Positions 19,324 through 30,015 are shown, numbered from the stretch's first letter. The stretch: DNA of 50,801 nucleotides from Armatimonadota bacterium (GCA_052386995.1 JBQTJP010000067.1:1-50801); one strand, 5' to 3'. A program made the numbers and translations. The notes: a model not told the origin generated them from the sequence alone.

Positions 19324-20931
19324 ATGGATCGCGTCATCTCCCGCGTGGATACAAGCACCGATGAGTTCAACGCCAACCGTCGGGCGCAGGAGGCTCTGGT
19401 TGCCGAGCTTCGCGCGCGGCTCGAGGTGGTCAGCGAAGGAGGCGGCGAGCGGGCCCAGCGGCGCCACCGAGAGCTGGGAAAGCTGACCGCCCGCGAGCGG
19501 GTCGACATCCTGCTCGATCCCGGCTCTCCCTTCCTCGAACTTTCGCCGCTCGCCGCGTGGGAGATGTACGAGAACGAGGCACCCTCGGCGGGCATCGTCA
19601 CCGGCATCGGCCGCGTCGGCGGAAAAGAAACCATCATCGTGGCGAACGACGCGACCGTGAAGGGCGGCACCTACTATCCCATGACCGTGAAGAAGCATCT
19701 TCGCGCGCAGGAGATCGCCCTACAGAATCACCTGCCCTGCGTGTACCTCGTGGATTCGGGTGGCGCCTTCCTGCCGCTGCAGGATCAGGTGTTTCCCGAC
19801 CGCGAGCACTTCGGCCGGATCTTCTACAACCAGGCGCGCCTCTCGGCCGCGGGGATTCCACAGATCGCGGCGGTCGTGGGCTCGTGTACCGCCGGCGGGG
19901 CCTACGTGCCGGCGATGAGCGATGAAGCGGTGATCGTCAGGGGAACAGGCACGATCTTCCTGGGCGGCCCGCCGCTGGTCAAAGCCGCGACCGGCGAGGA
20001 CGTGAGCGCGGAAGAGCTCGGAGGCGCCGATGTCCACGCCCGGCGCTCGGGGGTCGTCGACCATTACGCGGAGGACGACCGGCACGCGCTCCAGATCGTG
20101 CGGGACATCATCGGAACGCTGAACCGGCGCAAGGTCTTCGACCTCGATGTCACCGTCCCCGAAGATCCCGCCTATAGTCCGATGGAGATGTATGGAATCA
20201 TCCCGTCAGACCTCAGGCGCGGCTACGACGTCCGGGAAGTGATCGCCCGCATCGTCGACGGCAGCCGCTTCGCTGAGTTCAAGGCGCTCTACGGCACCAC
20301 GCTGGTCTGTGGCTTCGCCCGCGTCCACGGCATGCTGGCAGGGATAGTCGCCAACAACGGCGTGCTGTTCGTCGAAAGCGCCGAGAAAGCGACGCACTTC
20401 ATCGAGCTCTGCGGCCAGCGGCGTATCCCATTGATTTTTCTCCAGAACATCACCGGCTTCATCGTCGGCCGGCAGTATGAGGCCGGGGGGATTGCCCGCG
20501 CGGGGGCCAAAATGGTGCACGCGGTCGCCACCTGCGGCGTGCCGCGCCTCACGGTGATCATCGGCGGGTCCTACGGCGCCGGCAACTACGCGATGTGCGG
20601 CCGCGCCTATGAGCCCCGTTTCCTCTGGATGTGGCCGAACGCCCGCATCAACGTCATGGGACCCGAGCAGGCCGCGGGGGTGCTGGTGACCGTCAAGCGC
20701 GAGCAGCTCGCGCGGGAGGGCAAGACGTTGTCACGTGATGATGAAGAGGCAATCGCGCGGCCCATCCTCGAGAAGTACGAAAGGGAGGGCAGCCCGTATT
20801 ACAGCACGGCCCGGCTGTGGGACGATGGGATTATCGACCCCGCGCGGACCCGCGAGGTGCTGGCACTCGGCCTGTCGGCCACGCTGAACGCGCCGATCGA
20901 GGGGATGAAGCCCGGCGTCTTCCGAATGTGA
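19324..20931 (+). CDS. 3-methylcrotonyl-CoA carboxylase beta (carboxyltransferase) subunit
   Basis: [52 protein letters not shown]. Confidence 0.93.
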   Translation: MDRVISRVDTSTDEFNANRRAQEALVAELRARLEVVSEGGGERAQRRHRELGKLTARERVDILLDPGSPFLELSPLAAWEMYENEAPSAGIVTGIGRVGGKETIIVANDATVKGGTYYPMTVKKHLRAQEIALQNHLPCVYLVDSGGAFLPLQDQVFPDREHFGRIFYNQARLSAAGIPQIAAVVGSCTAGGAYVPAMSDEAVIVRGTGTIFLGGPPLVKAATGEDVSAEELGGADVHARRSGVVDHYAEDDRHALQIVRDIIGTLNRRKVFDLDVTVPEDPAYSPMEMYGIIPSDLRRGYDVREVIARIVDGSRFAEFKALYGTTLVCGFARVHGMLAGIVANNGVLFVESAEKATHFIELCGQRRIPLIFLQNITGFIVGRQYEAGGIARAGAKMVHAVATCGVPRLTVIIGGSYGAGNYAMCGRAYEPRFLWMWPNARINVMGPEQAAGVLVTVKREQLAREGKTLSRDDEEAIARPILEKYEREGSPYYSTARLWDDGIIDPARTREVLALGLSATLNAPIEGMKPGVFRM

Positions 20932-20938
20932 GGCGAGC

Positions 20939-21712
20939 GTGAATAACGTCCTGCAAACCGAGATCTACCGCGACCGTCTCACGGTGACGCTGAACCGGCC
21001 GCACGTGCACAACGCGCTGGACGCCGAGCTCATCGACGCCGTAGGACAGGTGTTTCGTCAGGCCGCGACACTGGACAAGATCCGCTATGTCGTGCTGGAA
21101 GGCGCCGGTCCCTCGTTTTGCGCCGGGGCCGACCTCGACTGGATGCGCGCCGGAATCAATGCCTCCTTTGAGGAGAATCGGGCCGGCGCCGGCCAGCTCG
21201 CCGCGGTCCTGGATGCGATTGTGACGTGTCCGAAGCCGGTCATCGCTTCGGTCCACGGGTCGGCGCTGGGCGGGGGGTTGGGGTTCGTGGCCGCGTGCGA
21301 CCTGGCGGTGGCGACCGCCGACGCGGTCTTTGGCCTCACCGAAGTGCGGCTCGGCCTCGTGCCCGCGATGGTCTTCCCCTATTTGTTGAGGAAGGTGGCG
21401 CGCCATCACCTGCTGCAGGCGGCCCTGACGGGCGAACGCTTCGGGGCAGAGCGCGCGCGGGAATTGGGTCTGATCAATGAGATCGACGAGAACCGCGAGG
21501 CCACCATTGCCACGTGGGCCCAGAGTCTGGAGGCGGCGGGTCCGGAGGCGGTCGCGCGCGTGAAAGAGCTCTTCCACAAGGTTCCCCAGCTCTCGTGGGA
21601 AGCGGCCCGGGCCTACACGGTCGACCTCATCGCCCGCGTGCGCGCAGGCCGAGAGGCCCAGGAAGGCATGCGCGCCTTTTTGGACAAGCAACGCCCGCCC
21701 TGGCAGCGCTGA
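20939..21712 (+). CDS. Enoyl-CoA hydratase family (methylglutaconyl-CoA hydratase-like)
   Basis: FCAGADL, GGGLG, FGLTEVRLG; liu-cluster context. Confidence 0.88.
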   Translation: MNNVLQTEIYRDRLTVTLNRPHVHNALDAELIDAVGQVFRQAATLDKIRYVVLEGAGPSFCAGADLDWMRAGINASFEENRAGAGQLAAVLDAIVTCPKPVIASVHGSALGGGLGFVAACDLAVATADAVFGLTEVRLGLVPAMVFPYLLRKVARHHLLQAALTGERFGAERARELGLINEIDENREATIATWAQSLEAAGPEAVARVKELFHKVPQLSWEAARAYTVDLIARVRAGREAQEGMRAFLDKQRPPWQR

Positions 21713-21714
21713 CC

Positions 21715-23220
21715 ATGTTTACGACAGTCCTGATCGCCAACCGCGGCGAGATCGCGGTGCGCATCATCCGCGCCTGCCGTGAGATGGGCATGCGATCGGT
21801 CGCCGTATTTTCCGATGCGGATGCGGCATCGCCGCATGTCTGGCTCGCCGATGAGGCGGTCAACATCGGTCCCCCCGAGGCCGCGCGTTCCTACCTGGAC
21901 ATCGGCCGGGTGATCGATGCGGCGCGCCGGAGCGGCGCGCAGGCGATTCATCCGGGGTACGGCTTCCTGGCCGAAGACGCGGCGTTTGCCACGGCCTGTC
22001 GTGAGGCCGGGATCACGTTCGTGGGGCCTCCGCCCGACGTCATCGCCGCCCTCGGGGACAAAGCGCGCGCGCGCAGCCTGGCGGAAACGGCCGGGGTGCC
22101 TGTGCTGCCTGGATTCAACGACCCGCGTGCCGATGACGCGGCGATCCGTCGTGAGGCGGAGGCGATCGGCCTCCCTCTTGTGCTCAAGGCCGCCGTGGGT
22201 GCCGGTGGCAGGGGCCTGCGCGTGGTCGAGCGGGCCGACGATCTCGATGTGGCTATGGGCTCCGCCCGTCGGGAGGCGCGCGCGGCGTTTGGGGACGACG
22301 GGCTCATCGTCGAACGGTGGATCGAGCACCCCAGGCACATCGAGGTGCAGGTGCTCGCCGACGAGCAGGGCGGCCTGGTCCATCTCGGTGAGCGCGAGTG
22401 CAGCATCCAGCGCCGGCACCAGAAGGTGATCGAAGAGTCACCCTCGCCGGGCGCGGACACCTGGCTGCGCGCCGAGTTGGGCGATGCGGCCGTGCGGATC
22501 GCCCGCGCGGCCGGGTACATCAACGCGGGCACGGTCGAGTTCCTCGTAGATCGCGATCGCCGATACTACTTTCTGGAAGTGAACACCCGGCTGCAGGTCG
22601 AGCACCCGGTGACGGAGATGGTGATGGGCGTGGACGTGGTCCAGGCCCAATTCAGCATCGCCGCGGGCGATCGGCTCACCCTCCGTCAGCACGAGATTCG
22701 ATCGCGCGGATGGGCCATTGAATGCCGGGTCTATGCCGAAGATCCCGAAGCCGATTTCGCACCATCCCCGGGCAAGGTGCTCCACCTGGTCGAGCCGCAC
22801 ATGCCCGGCGTCCGAGTCGACTCCGGCATCGTGACCGGACAGGAGATCCCCCGGCACTACGATCCGATCCTGTCGAAAGTCATTGCCTGGGCGCCGGACC
22901 GCGCAGGGGCGGTGCGCCGCATGCGCCAGGCGCTCGCCGGCTACGTCGTGCTCGGCATCCGCACGAACCTTCCGTACCTGCGCGCGGTGTGCGACCTGCC
23001 CGCGTTCGCGGCCGGAGAGCTGTCCACTGACTTTCTGTCACGGCATCTGCCGGGCTGGCAGCATCCCGCGCCCACAACCGAAGCCTCCGCCGTGGCCGCG
23101 GCCCTCTCCGATACCGCGCGGCCGAAGACCCGTGGTGGCCCGCCGCATGCCGATTCCCATGCGGAGGCCGAGGGCTTCGCTGATCCCTGGGATCGGCTGA
23201 GCCGGTGGAGGATGTCGTGA
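21715..23220 (+). CDS. Biotin carboxylase subunit
   Basis: LIANRGEIA, HPGYGFL, ERECSIQRRHQK, LEVNTRLQVEHPVTE. Confidence 0.93.
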   Translation: MFTTVLIANRGEIAVRIIRACREMGMRSVAVFSDADAASPHVWLADEAVNIGPPEAARSYLDIGRVIDAARRSGAQAIHPGYGFLAEDAAFATACREAGITFVGPPPDVIAALGDKARARSLAETAGVPVLPGFNDPRADDAAIRREAEAIGLPLVLKAAVGAGGRGLRVVERADDLDVAMGSARREARAAFGDDGLIVERWIEHPRHIEVQVLADEQGGLVHLGERECSIQRRHQKVIEESPSPGADTWLRAELGDAAVRIARAAGYINAGTVEFLVDRDRRYYFLEVNTRLQVEHPVTEMVMGVDVVQAQFSIAAGDRLTLRQHEIRSRGWAIECRVYAEDPEADFAPSPGKVLHLVEPHMPGVRVDSGIVTGQEIPRHYDPILSKVIAWAPDRAGAVRRMRQALAGYVVLGIRTNLPYLRAVCDLPAFAAGELSTDFLSRHLPGWQHPAPTTEASAVAAALSDTARPKTRGGPPHADSHAEAEGFADPWDRLSRWRMS

Positions 23221-23720
23221 GCCCGGGACGTGTCCTGCTGGCCTTCGGAAGAGTGACAGTGCCCGCGGAAGTCACCGGCTCCGTCGACCGCACGACGGTG
23301 CGGGTTGGCGATGTTGTGGTGACGCTCACGCTCACACCCTTGGAGGCGGGCGTGTACGCGGTCACCTGCGACGGCCGGCGAACGCTCGCGCACTATGCCA
23401 GCGACGGGAGGATGCACTATCTGCATGTCGATGGCCAGACGTATGCGTTTGAGCGGGACCCGGCAGATGAGCGCCGGAGATCGCCCGCCTCCGGCCACTA
23501 CGATCTGCGTGCCCCCATGCCTGGCGTGGTGACGCAGGTGTTCGTCCAGGAAGGTCAGGCGGTAGCGACCGGCGCCCCCCTGTACGTTGTCGAGGCCATG
23601 AAGATGGAAACCGTGATCCGCGCGTCGTCGCCATGCCGGGTCGAGCGGATACTCATTGCGCCCGGCACTCAGGTGGAGGGCGGCGCCGTTGTGGTCGAGG
23701 TGAAGCACCTTGAGGCGTGA
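23217..23720 (+). CDS. Biotin carboxyl carrier domain protein
   Basis: APMPG...EAMKME biotinylation motif; GTGA overlap with the upstream stop. Confidence 0.88.
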   Translation: MSPGRVLLAFGRVTVPAEVTGSVDRTTVRVGDVVVTLTLTPLEAGVYAVTCDGRRTLAHYASDGRMHYLHVDGQTYAFERDPADERRRSPASGHYDLRAPMPGVVTQVFVQEGQAVATGAPLYVVEAMKMETVIRASSPCRVERILIAPGTQVEGGAVVVEVKHLEA

Positions 23721-24690
23721 GGGTCCACCCGAGGCCTCGACCGCGGGGCAGGTCCCGGCGGCCCCGCCGGTGCCCGGACGAATCCGCGTTGTCGAGGTGG
23801 GGCCTCGCGACGGCCTGCAGAACGAGCCCGACACCGTCCCGCTCGAGGCCAAAGTGGCATTCATCGAGCGGCTGGCCGAAGCGGGTCTGCCCGTGATCGA
23901 AATCGGATCCTTCGTCCGGCCGGACCGCGTGCCGCAGATGGCCGACACAGAAGAAGTTGCGCGCCGCGTGGCACACCGGACCGGCGCCGTGTGTGTGGCC
24001 CTGGTGCCCAACCGCAGAGGGCTGGAGCGCGCGCTGGCCGCCGGACTTCGGACGATCGCCGTCTTCACCGCGGCCTCGGAAGCCTTCGCGATGGCCAACA
24101 TCGGCATGAGTATCGACGGCTCGCTCCGCGTGTTTCGCGACATCGTCGGCGCCGCGGCTCGCCGCGGTCTTGTGGTGCGGGGCTACATCTCGACGGCCTG
24201 GTGGTGTCCCTATACGGGGCGCGTGAATCCGGATGCCGTTCGGCGCGTCGCTCTGGCGCTGCTCGAGATGGGATGCGGGGACCTGGGCGTCGCGGATACG
24301 ATTGGCGCGGCCACCCCGCAGGAGGTGCAGAGCCTGCTGGGCGTGCTGCTGCGGGAGATTCCGCCGGAGGTCATCGCGGTGCACTTCCACGACACGCGCG
24401 GGACCGCTCTGGCGAACGTGCTGGCGTCGATGACCATGGGGATCACGACGGTAGATGCCTCCGCCGGCGGGCTGGGTGGCTGTCCGTTTGCGCCGGGGGC
24501 CCTCGGAAATCTGGCGACGGAAGACCTCCTGTATATGCTGCACGGCATGGGTGTCGAGACGGGCGTGGATCTGGAAAAAGTCAGGGCGGCATCGCAGGCC
24601 ATGGAGGCGGTCCTGGGCCGCCGCCTTCCCTCAAGATACCTCCACGCGGGGCCTGTGCGACCAGCGCCGATCCCCGAGCCTCCCGCATGA
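23710..24690 (+). CDS. Hydroxymethylglutaryl-CoA lyase (start uncertain)
   Basis: EVGPRDGLQNE, HFHDTRG, GLGGCPFAPGA.GN. Confidence 0.93.
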   Translation: MRREGPPEASTAGQVPAAPPVPGRIRVVEVGPRDGLQNEPDTVPLEAKVAFIERLAEAGLPVIEIGSFVRPDRVPQMADTEEVARRVAHRTGAVCVALVPNRRGLERALAAGLRTIAVFTAASEAFAMANIGMSIDGSLRVFRDIVGAAARRGLVVRGYISTAWWCPYTGRVNPDAVRRVALALLEMGCGDLGVADTIGAATPQEVQSLLGVLLREIPPEVIAVHFHDTRGTALANVLASMTMGITTVDASAGGLGGCPFAPGALGNLATEDLLYMLHGMGVETGVDLEKVRAASQAMEAVLGRRLPSRYLHAGPVRPAPIPEPPA

Positions 24691-24702
24691 CTCCCAGTGG
24701 GA

Positions 24703-24900
24703 TCATCTGCGTGTCTTGATCGGCGCATCCCGCAGGTCGTAGTTCTCCTTTCGGTATGTCTCCCGCACGCCGCAGTTCGGACACGTATGGTAGTTTGCCG
24801 CGAGCGTCCCACGGCTGAACGATGTTCGGTCCATCCGCAGCCCGCTGTCGAACGCGATGCCGCACGCCGGGCACTTCACCCACAGCGCGAACTTTGCCAT
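24703..24900 (-). CDS. Small zinc-ribbon protein (2x CPxCG)
   Basis: MAKFALWVKCPACG...HTCPNCG, 65 aa, TGATG-coupled to the upstream gene. Confidence 0.75.
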   Translation of the reverse strand: MAKFALWVKCPACGIAFDSGLRMDRTSFSRGTLAANYHTCPNCGVRETYRKENYDLRDAPIKTRR

Positions 24901-25286
24901 CACGGTCGTCCGGCGGAGCCCCGAGTCCGATACGCTTCGAGGTCGGCAAGCCGCCAGATGCGGCGGTGGTCCACTGCAAAGAGCGGGGCCGGGAAATCGG
25001 CGCGAGAGGCGATGTCGTCGAGAAACTGACGCGGAGGGACGCCGAAGAGGTCGGCCGCCTCGATGGCGCTTGCGATGGGGATGCCCTCGGCCACGTACCG
25101 GCAAACCGCCGCGATGAGCGATGCCGACGACGCAGGGCGGCCGAGGATGTGCCGAAGCGCCGAGGTCACCCGTGGGTGCGCCTGTTTGATGAGGTTGCTG
25201 TAATGTCGCAAGTCTTCGGGGTAGCCCCGCAGGTGCGCCAGCACCTTGAGATCTTCGTCGAAGGGTTGATCTGACATCGAGTCCAT
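24900..25286 (-). CDS. Hypothetical protein with C-terminal AlpA/MerR-like winged-HTH signature
   Basis: SAIEAADLFGV...FPAP...RIWRLADLEAY. Confidence 0.6.
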   Translation of the reverse strand: MDSMSDQPFDEDLKVLAHLRGYPEDLRHYSNLIKQAHPRVTSALRHILGRPASSASLIAAVCRYVAEGIPIASAIEAADLFGVPPRQFLDDIASRADFPAPLFAVDHRRIWRLADLEAYRTRGSAGRP

Positions 25287-25390
25287 AGGTTCCGGCCGCC
25301 GCGCGCAGACCCCTCCCCGTGGAATAGCCTTCGCCCGCCCCGCGTTGGGCGAAACGGTCGGCTTGAGCGGAGCCTCGACCGGAGGACCCG

Positions 25391-26083
25391 ATGGCGTTTC
25401 TCAACGAGCAGGACGCGGCGCACGTCCGAAAGCGGCTTGCGGAAGAGATGGAGCATGACGTGCGTCTGGTGTTCTTCGCGCCCAGCGCCGGAGGCCTGGC
25501 CCTGCCGGGTCAGGACTGGGAGATGGCGGAGTACACGCGGCAGATCCTCAAGGGGCTCGCGGACCTCTCCGACCGCGTGACCCTCGAGGAGCACAGCACG
25601 GCCGGTGAGCCCGAGCTCGCTAAACAGTACGGGGTGGCGCGCACGCCGATGACCGCCGTGATCGGCGCGGCCGACTACGGAATCCGCTACTATGGCATGC
25701 CCGCCGGTTACGAGTTCGTCACGCTTCTGGAGCTCGTGCTCGATGTGTCAAAGGGCCGCGCGGAGCTGTCCGCCGCCACGGTGGAGACGCTCGCCGGCCT
25801 GCCCGCCGACGCCCACCTCCAGGTGTTCGTCACCCCGACCTGACCGCATTGCCCGCGGGCGGCCAGGCTGGCCGCCGATCTGGCGATCGCCTCTCCGCGC
25901 GTGCGCACCGACATCGTGGAAGCCGGTGAGTTCCCCGCGCTCGCACAGCAGTACAACGTGTACGCGGTGCCCAAGACGGTCATCAACGACACGCAGGAAG
26001 TCGTGGGGGCCGTTCCGGAGCCCGCGCTCGTCGAGGCCGTACAGACGGCCGTGACACCGAAAGCGTCACCCCCCAGCGGGTAG
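25391..26083 (+). CDS. Selenocysteine-containing protein disulfide oxidoreductase (PDO/AhpF N-terminal-like), UPHC motif
   Basis: VFVTPT-TGA(25841)-PHCPRAA continues in frame to ...VYAVPKTVIND...GAVPE TAG at 26083; TGA occupies the CxxC Cys position. Confidence 0.88.
25858..25876 (+). promoter_or_regulatory. Putative bacterial SECIS hairpin
   Basis: GGCGGCCA-GGC-TGGCCGCC perfect 8-bp stem with a G-containing loop, 14 nt after the UGA. Confidence 0.75.
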
Positions 26084-26153
26084 CGTCCGGGAGACACTCG
26101 GTCCGGCTGAGTCCCGGCCGCCAGGGGTTTGGGATTTTGCTACCATAGAATTC

Positions 26154-27401
26154 GTGATCCCCAAGAATCAAACCGACGTAGTCGTGACGGGGCTGGGTGC
26201 CGTCACGCCGGTGGGCCTGTCCGGCCACGAGACCTGGCACGCCCTGATTGCCGGCCGGTCGGGCGTGGGCCGCATCACGCAGTTCGATGCGTCCGCGTTG
26301 CCCGTGCAGATCGCCAGCGAGGTGAAGGGATTCGACCCGGCCCTGTACATCGACGCCAAGAGCGCCGGCCGGCTCGAACGCTTCACCCAGTTTGCCGTCG
26401 CCGCATCGACGCAGGCGCTGACGGACGCGGGCCTGACCGTGGACCGCCAGAACGGCGAGCGGATCGGTGTCGTAATGAACACCGGCGGGGGCGGGACCGC
26501 CTTGGTCGAGCGCGAGACCATGGTGCTGGCCGAGCGGGGTCCGCGGCGCGTAAGCCCGCTGTTCGTGCCGATGATGATGTCCAACATCGGGGCCTGCCAG
26601 GTCTCGATCTCGCTGGGCCTGCGAGGTCCGGCTATCACCGCGACCGCCGCCTGCGCGTCGGGGGTCCAGGCAATCGTCGACGCCGTGCGTCTGATCCGCG
26701 ACGGGGACGCCGATGCAATTATTGCCGGGGGCAGCGAATCCGCCCTCACACCCCTGTCGTTCGCCGCGATGGCCAATATGCGGGCGCTCTCGCGGAGAAA
26801 TGATGAGCCGGAACGGGCCAGCCGGCCGTTCGACGCCGATCGTGACGGATTCGTCTTTGGGGAAGGTGCGGTGGCGCTGATGCTCGAGCGCCGCGAGCAC
26901 GCGGAGGCGCGGGGGGCCCACATCTATGCCGCGGCGTTGGGCGGTGCGATCGCCGCGGACGCGTTTCACATCACCGCGCCCGAGCCTGACGGGAACGGCG
27001 CGGCGCGCGCGATCACCCGCGCGCTCGAGCGCGCCGGCCTCGCCCCCGAGGATGTGGATTATGTGTGCGCCCATGCTACGTCGACGCCCGTCGGCGACAC
27101 CGCCGAGGTGCGGGCCATCCGGCGGGCCTTCGGAGGCCACGCCGACCGGCTGGCGGTCAGCTCCCCGAAGTCGATGGTGGGGCATCTAATGGGCGCCGCA
27201 GGCGCATTGAGCGCGCTGGCGGCCGTCATGGCCATCCACGACGGCGTCATCCCGCCGACGATCAACCTCGACCGACAGGATCCGGAATGCGATCTCGACT
27301 GCGTCCCCCACACCGCCCGTACCGCGAAGGTGCACGCCGCGATCGCAAATGGATTCGGCTTCGGCGGGCAGAATATCGTAGCGGTGTTTGCGCGGGCGTA
27401 G
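26154..27401 (+). CDS. fabF: Beta-ketoacyl-ACP synthase II
   Basis: VVVTGLG, TAACASG, SRPFD.DRDGFV.GEG, HATST, KSMVGH, FGFGGQN. Confidence 0.93.
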   Translation: MIPKNQTDVVVTGLGAVTPVGLSGHETWHALIAGRSGVGRITQFDASALPVQIASEVKGFDPALYIDAKSAGRLERFTQFAVAASTQALTDAGLTVDRQNGERIGVVMNTGGGGTALVERETMVLAERGPRRVSPLFVPMMMSNIGACQVSISLGLRGPAITATAACASGVQAIVDAVRLIRDGDADAIIAGGSESALTPLSFAAMANMRALSRRNDEPERASRPFDADRDGFVFGEGAVALMLERREHAEARGAHIYAAALGGAIAADAFHITAPEPDGNGAARAITRALERAGLAPEDVDYVCAHATSTPVGDTAEVRAIRRAFGGHADRLAVSSPKSMVGHLMGAAGALSALAAVMAIHDGVIPPTINLDRQDPECDLDCVPHTARTAKVHAAIANGFGFGGQNIVAVFARA

Positions 27402-27424
27402 CCCGCCGACCATACCGGCAAATC

Positions 27425-28717
27425 ATGACGCTGTCGACGATCGGACTGAGTCATAAAACCGCTGCCGTCGAGGTGCGAGAGCGCCTCGCGTTCGGCGAGG
27501 CTGAGATCCCGTCCGCGGTTGTGCAGCTGCGTGACATCACCGCCATCGATGAATGCGTCCTGCTCTCCACCTGCAATCGCACGGAGCTGTACCTGGTCGC
27601 TCGGGGAGACCCTCCCGTCCGCGACGCGGTGGCTTTCCTCAGCGGATCCCGGGGCCTCCCCGCCGACGCGTTTGAATCCGCCCTGTACGTTCATCGTGAC
27701 ATGGCGGCCGCACGCCATGCGCTGCGCGTGACCGCGGGACTCGACTCGATGATCGTCGGCGAGCAGCAGATTCTCGGACAGGTTCGGCGGGCCTTCGACG
27801 TCGCGCGCACGGCGAAGGTGACAGGTCCGGCGCTCAACCGGTTGATGCAGCTGGCCCTCGCCACCGGGCGCCGCGTGCGCCGGGAGACCGGACTGATCCG
27901 CAGCGCGCCCTCGGTCCCGCGCGCGGCCCTGGCGCAGAGCCGGAGGATTCTTGCATCGGTGAGCGGCCGGCGCGTGATCGTCGTGGGAGCGGGCGAGCTG
28001 GCCGCGCTCGTCGTCAAAGTGTTCGCGGCCGCCGGGGCCCAGATCACGGCCGTGGCCAACCGGACGCCTGAGGGCGCAGCGGTCCTCGCCCGCCGCGTCG
28101 GCGCGGAGAGCCTGTCCCTGGACGAGATCAGTGCCGCCGCGACGGGTGCGGACATCCTGGTTATCTGCATCGGCGCGGCCGAACCGATCATTCTCAAAGG
28201 GATGCTCGATGACGCCCGCCATGGCGATCCACTGGTCGTGATCGATCTCGGGGTTCCCCGCGGCGTCGATGCGGCGGTGGCGTCGCTGCCCGGGGTACGG
28301 CTGATTGACCTGGACGGTCTGTCAGGAGTCGACCCCGGCCCTCCGATCACTGGGGAGAGCCTTATGCAGGCCGAACGCATTGTCGCCGACACCCTCGGAG
28401 GATTTGAGCGGTGGATGGCCTCGCGGGACGCGGTCCCGTTGATCGCCGCGCTGCGCGGCCGTGCGCAGAGCATTCTGGAGCGGGAATTCGCGCGGGCGCG
28501 CTCTCGACTGCGGGGGCTCGACGACGGCGGCCAGGAAGCGGCGCGGGCCTTGGCCGAGGCGGTGGTGCGAAAGTTACTCCACGCGCCCATCGTCCGGCTG
28601 CGCGAGTCGGCGGCACGGCACGACGCGGACAGCCTCCGGCTGGCCCGGGAGCTGTTCGACCTCGACGTTGACCCCGCGGAATCGACCGACGGCTCGGATC
28701 CCGGAGAGGATGCATGA
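27425..28717 (+). CDS. hemA: Glutamyl-tRNA reductase
   Basis: GLSHKTA, LSTCNRTE, GLDSMIVGEQQILGQV, GAGE, DLGVPR. Confidence 0.95.
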   Translation: MTLSTIGLSHKTAAVEVRERLAFGEAEIPSAVVQLRDITAIDECVLLSTCNRTELYLVARGDPPVRDAVAFLSGSRGLPADAFESALYVHRDMAAARHALRVTAGLDSMIVGEQQILGQVRRAFDVARTAKVTGPALNRLMQLALATGRRVRRETGLIRSAPSVPRAALAQSRRILASVSGRRVIVVGAGELAALVVKVFAAAGAQITAVANRTPEGAAVLARRVGAESLSLDEISAAATGADILVICIGAAEPIILKGMLDDARHGDPLVVIDLGVPRGVDAAVASLPGVRLIDLDGLSGVDPGPPITGESLMQAERIVADTLGGFERWMASRDAVPLIAALRGRAQSILEREFARARSRLRGLDDGGQEAARALAEAVVRKLLHAPIVRLRESAARHDADSLRLARELFDLDVDPAESTDGSDPGEDA

Positions 28718-30015
28718 CCGACTCCGTCACGTCGGGTCGGCGGTCTGCGGAAGTCTTCGAAGAGAGCCAGCGCTATTTCCCCGGCGGAGTGAATAGCCCC
28801 GTGCGGGCGTTCCGCGCGGTCGGCGGCACTCCCGTCGTCGTCGCGGCGGGGCGCGGGTCGCATGTCACAGACATCGACGGGCGTACGCTGCTCGACTACA
28901 TCGGATCATGGGGAGCCCTGATCCTGGGCCACGCGCCGGCACACGTCGCCGCGGCCATCGCCGACATGGCGGGTCGCGGCACCAGCTTCGGAATGCCCAC
29001 GCCCCACGAGCTCGAGCTGGCGCGCCTGATCCGCGACGCGATGCCCTCGATCGAGATGATGCGGTGCGTCAGCTCGGGGACCGAAGCGGCCATGAGCGCC
29101 ATCCGGGTGGCCCGTGGGTTCACCGGACGCGACAAGATCGTGAAGTTCGCCGGATGCTATCACGGCCACGCCGACCCGCTCCTCGCGCAGGCGGGTTCCG
29201 GCGTCGCGACCTTTGGGCTTCCCAGCAGCGCGGGGGTGCCGCGCGCGGCGGTCGCCGACACGCTCGTCGCGCCGTACAACAACCTCGCCGCGGTGCGCGA
29301 GATGTTCTCGGCGCACCCCGACGGCATCGCGGCCGTCATCGTCGAACCCGTGGCCGCCAACATGGGCGTCGTCCGGCCGGAGAGCGGGTTCCTCGAGGGA
29401 CTTCGTGAGGTGACGCACCGTCACCGCGCGCTGCTCATCTTCGACGAGGTCATCACGGGCTTCCGCGTGGCCCGTGGCGGCGCGCAGGCGCGTTACGGCA
29501 TCCGGCCGGACCTGACCTGTTTGGGCAAGATCATCGGCGGAGGGCTGCCGCTGGCGGCCTATGGGGGGCGGCGCGACGTGATGGAAACCGTCGCCCCGCT
29601 GGGCCCGGTGTATCAAGCGGGGACGCTGTCGGGCAACCCGCTGGCGGTGGCCGCCGGAATCGCGACCTTAGGGCGGCTGCAAGATCCCGACGACTACACC
29701 GGGTTGGAGGCTCTGACGGCGCGTCTCGCCGACGGGCTGGCGGATGCGGCTGCGCGGGCGGGCGTAGTGGTCTCGGTCGTGCGCGAGGCATCGATGCTCA
29801 CCGTCTTTTTCACCGATGCCCTCCCGCCGGATTACGCCACCGCGGCGGCGGCCGAGGTCTTGCGATTCGCAAAGTTCTTCCAGGGCATGCTGCGCCGCGG
29901 CATTCTGCTCCCGCCTTCGCAGTTCGAGGCCTGGTTCGTCTCAACGGCGCACAGCGCAGGCGACATTGAGGAAACCGTCGAGGCGGCGCGATCGGCATTC
30001 AGGGAAGTGACCTAG
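28714..30015 (+). CDS. hemL: Glutamate-1-semialdehyde 2,1-aminomutase
   Basis: PGGVNSPVRAF, SGTEA, FDEVITGFR, GKIIGGG, YQAGTLSGNP. Confidence 0.97.
   Translation: MTDSVTSGRRSAEVFEESQRYFPGGVNSPVRAFRAVGGTPVVVAAGRGSHVTDIDGRTLLDYIGSWGALILGHAPAHVAAAIADMAGRGTSFGMPTPHELELARLIRDAMPSIEMMRCVSSGTEAAMSAIRVARGFTGRDKIVKFAGCYHGHADPLLAQAGSGVATFGLPSSAGVPRAAVADTLVAPYNNLAAVREMFSAHPDGIAAVIVEPVAANMGVVRPESGFLEGLREVTHRHRALLIFDEVITGFRVARGGAQARYGIRPDLTCLGKIIGGGLPLAAYGGRRDVMETVAPLGPVYQAGTLSGNPLAVAAGIATLGRLQDPDDYTGLEALTARLADGLADAAARAGVVVSVVREASMLTVFFTDALPPDYATAAAAEVLRFAKFFQGMLRRGILLPPSQFEAWFVSTAHSAGDIEETVEAARSAFREVT

Noticed and set aside
25391..25843. Truncated gene or pseudogene reading of the oxidoreductase
   Set aside because: TGA at the catalytic Cys position plus a SECIS-like hairpin favours selenocysteine recoding
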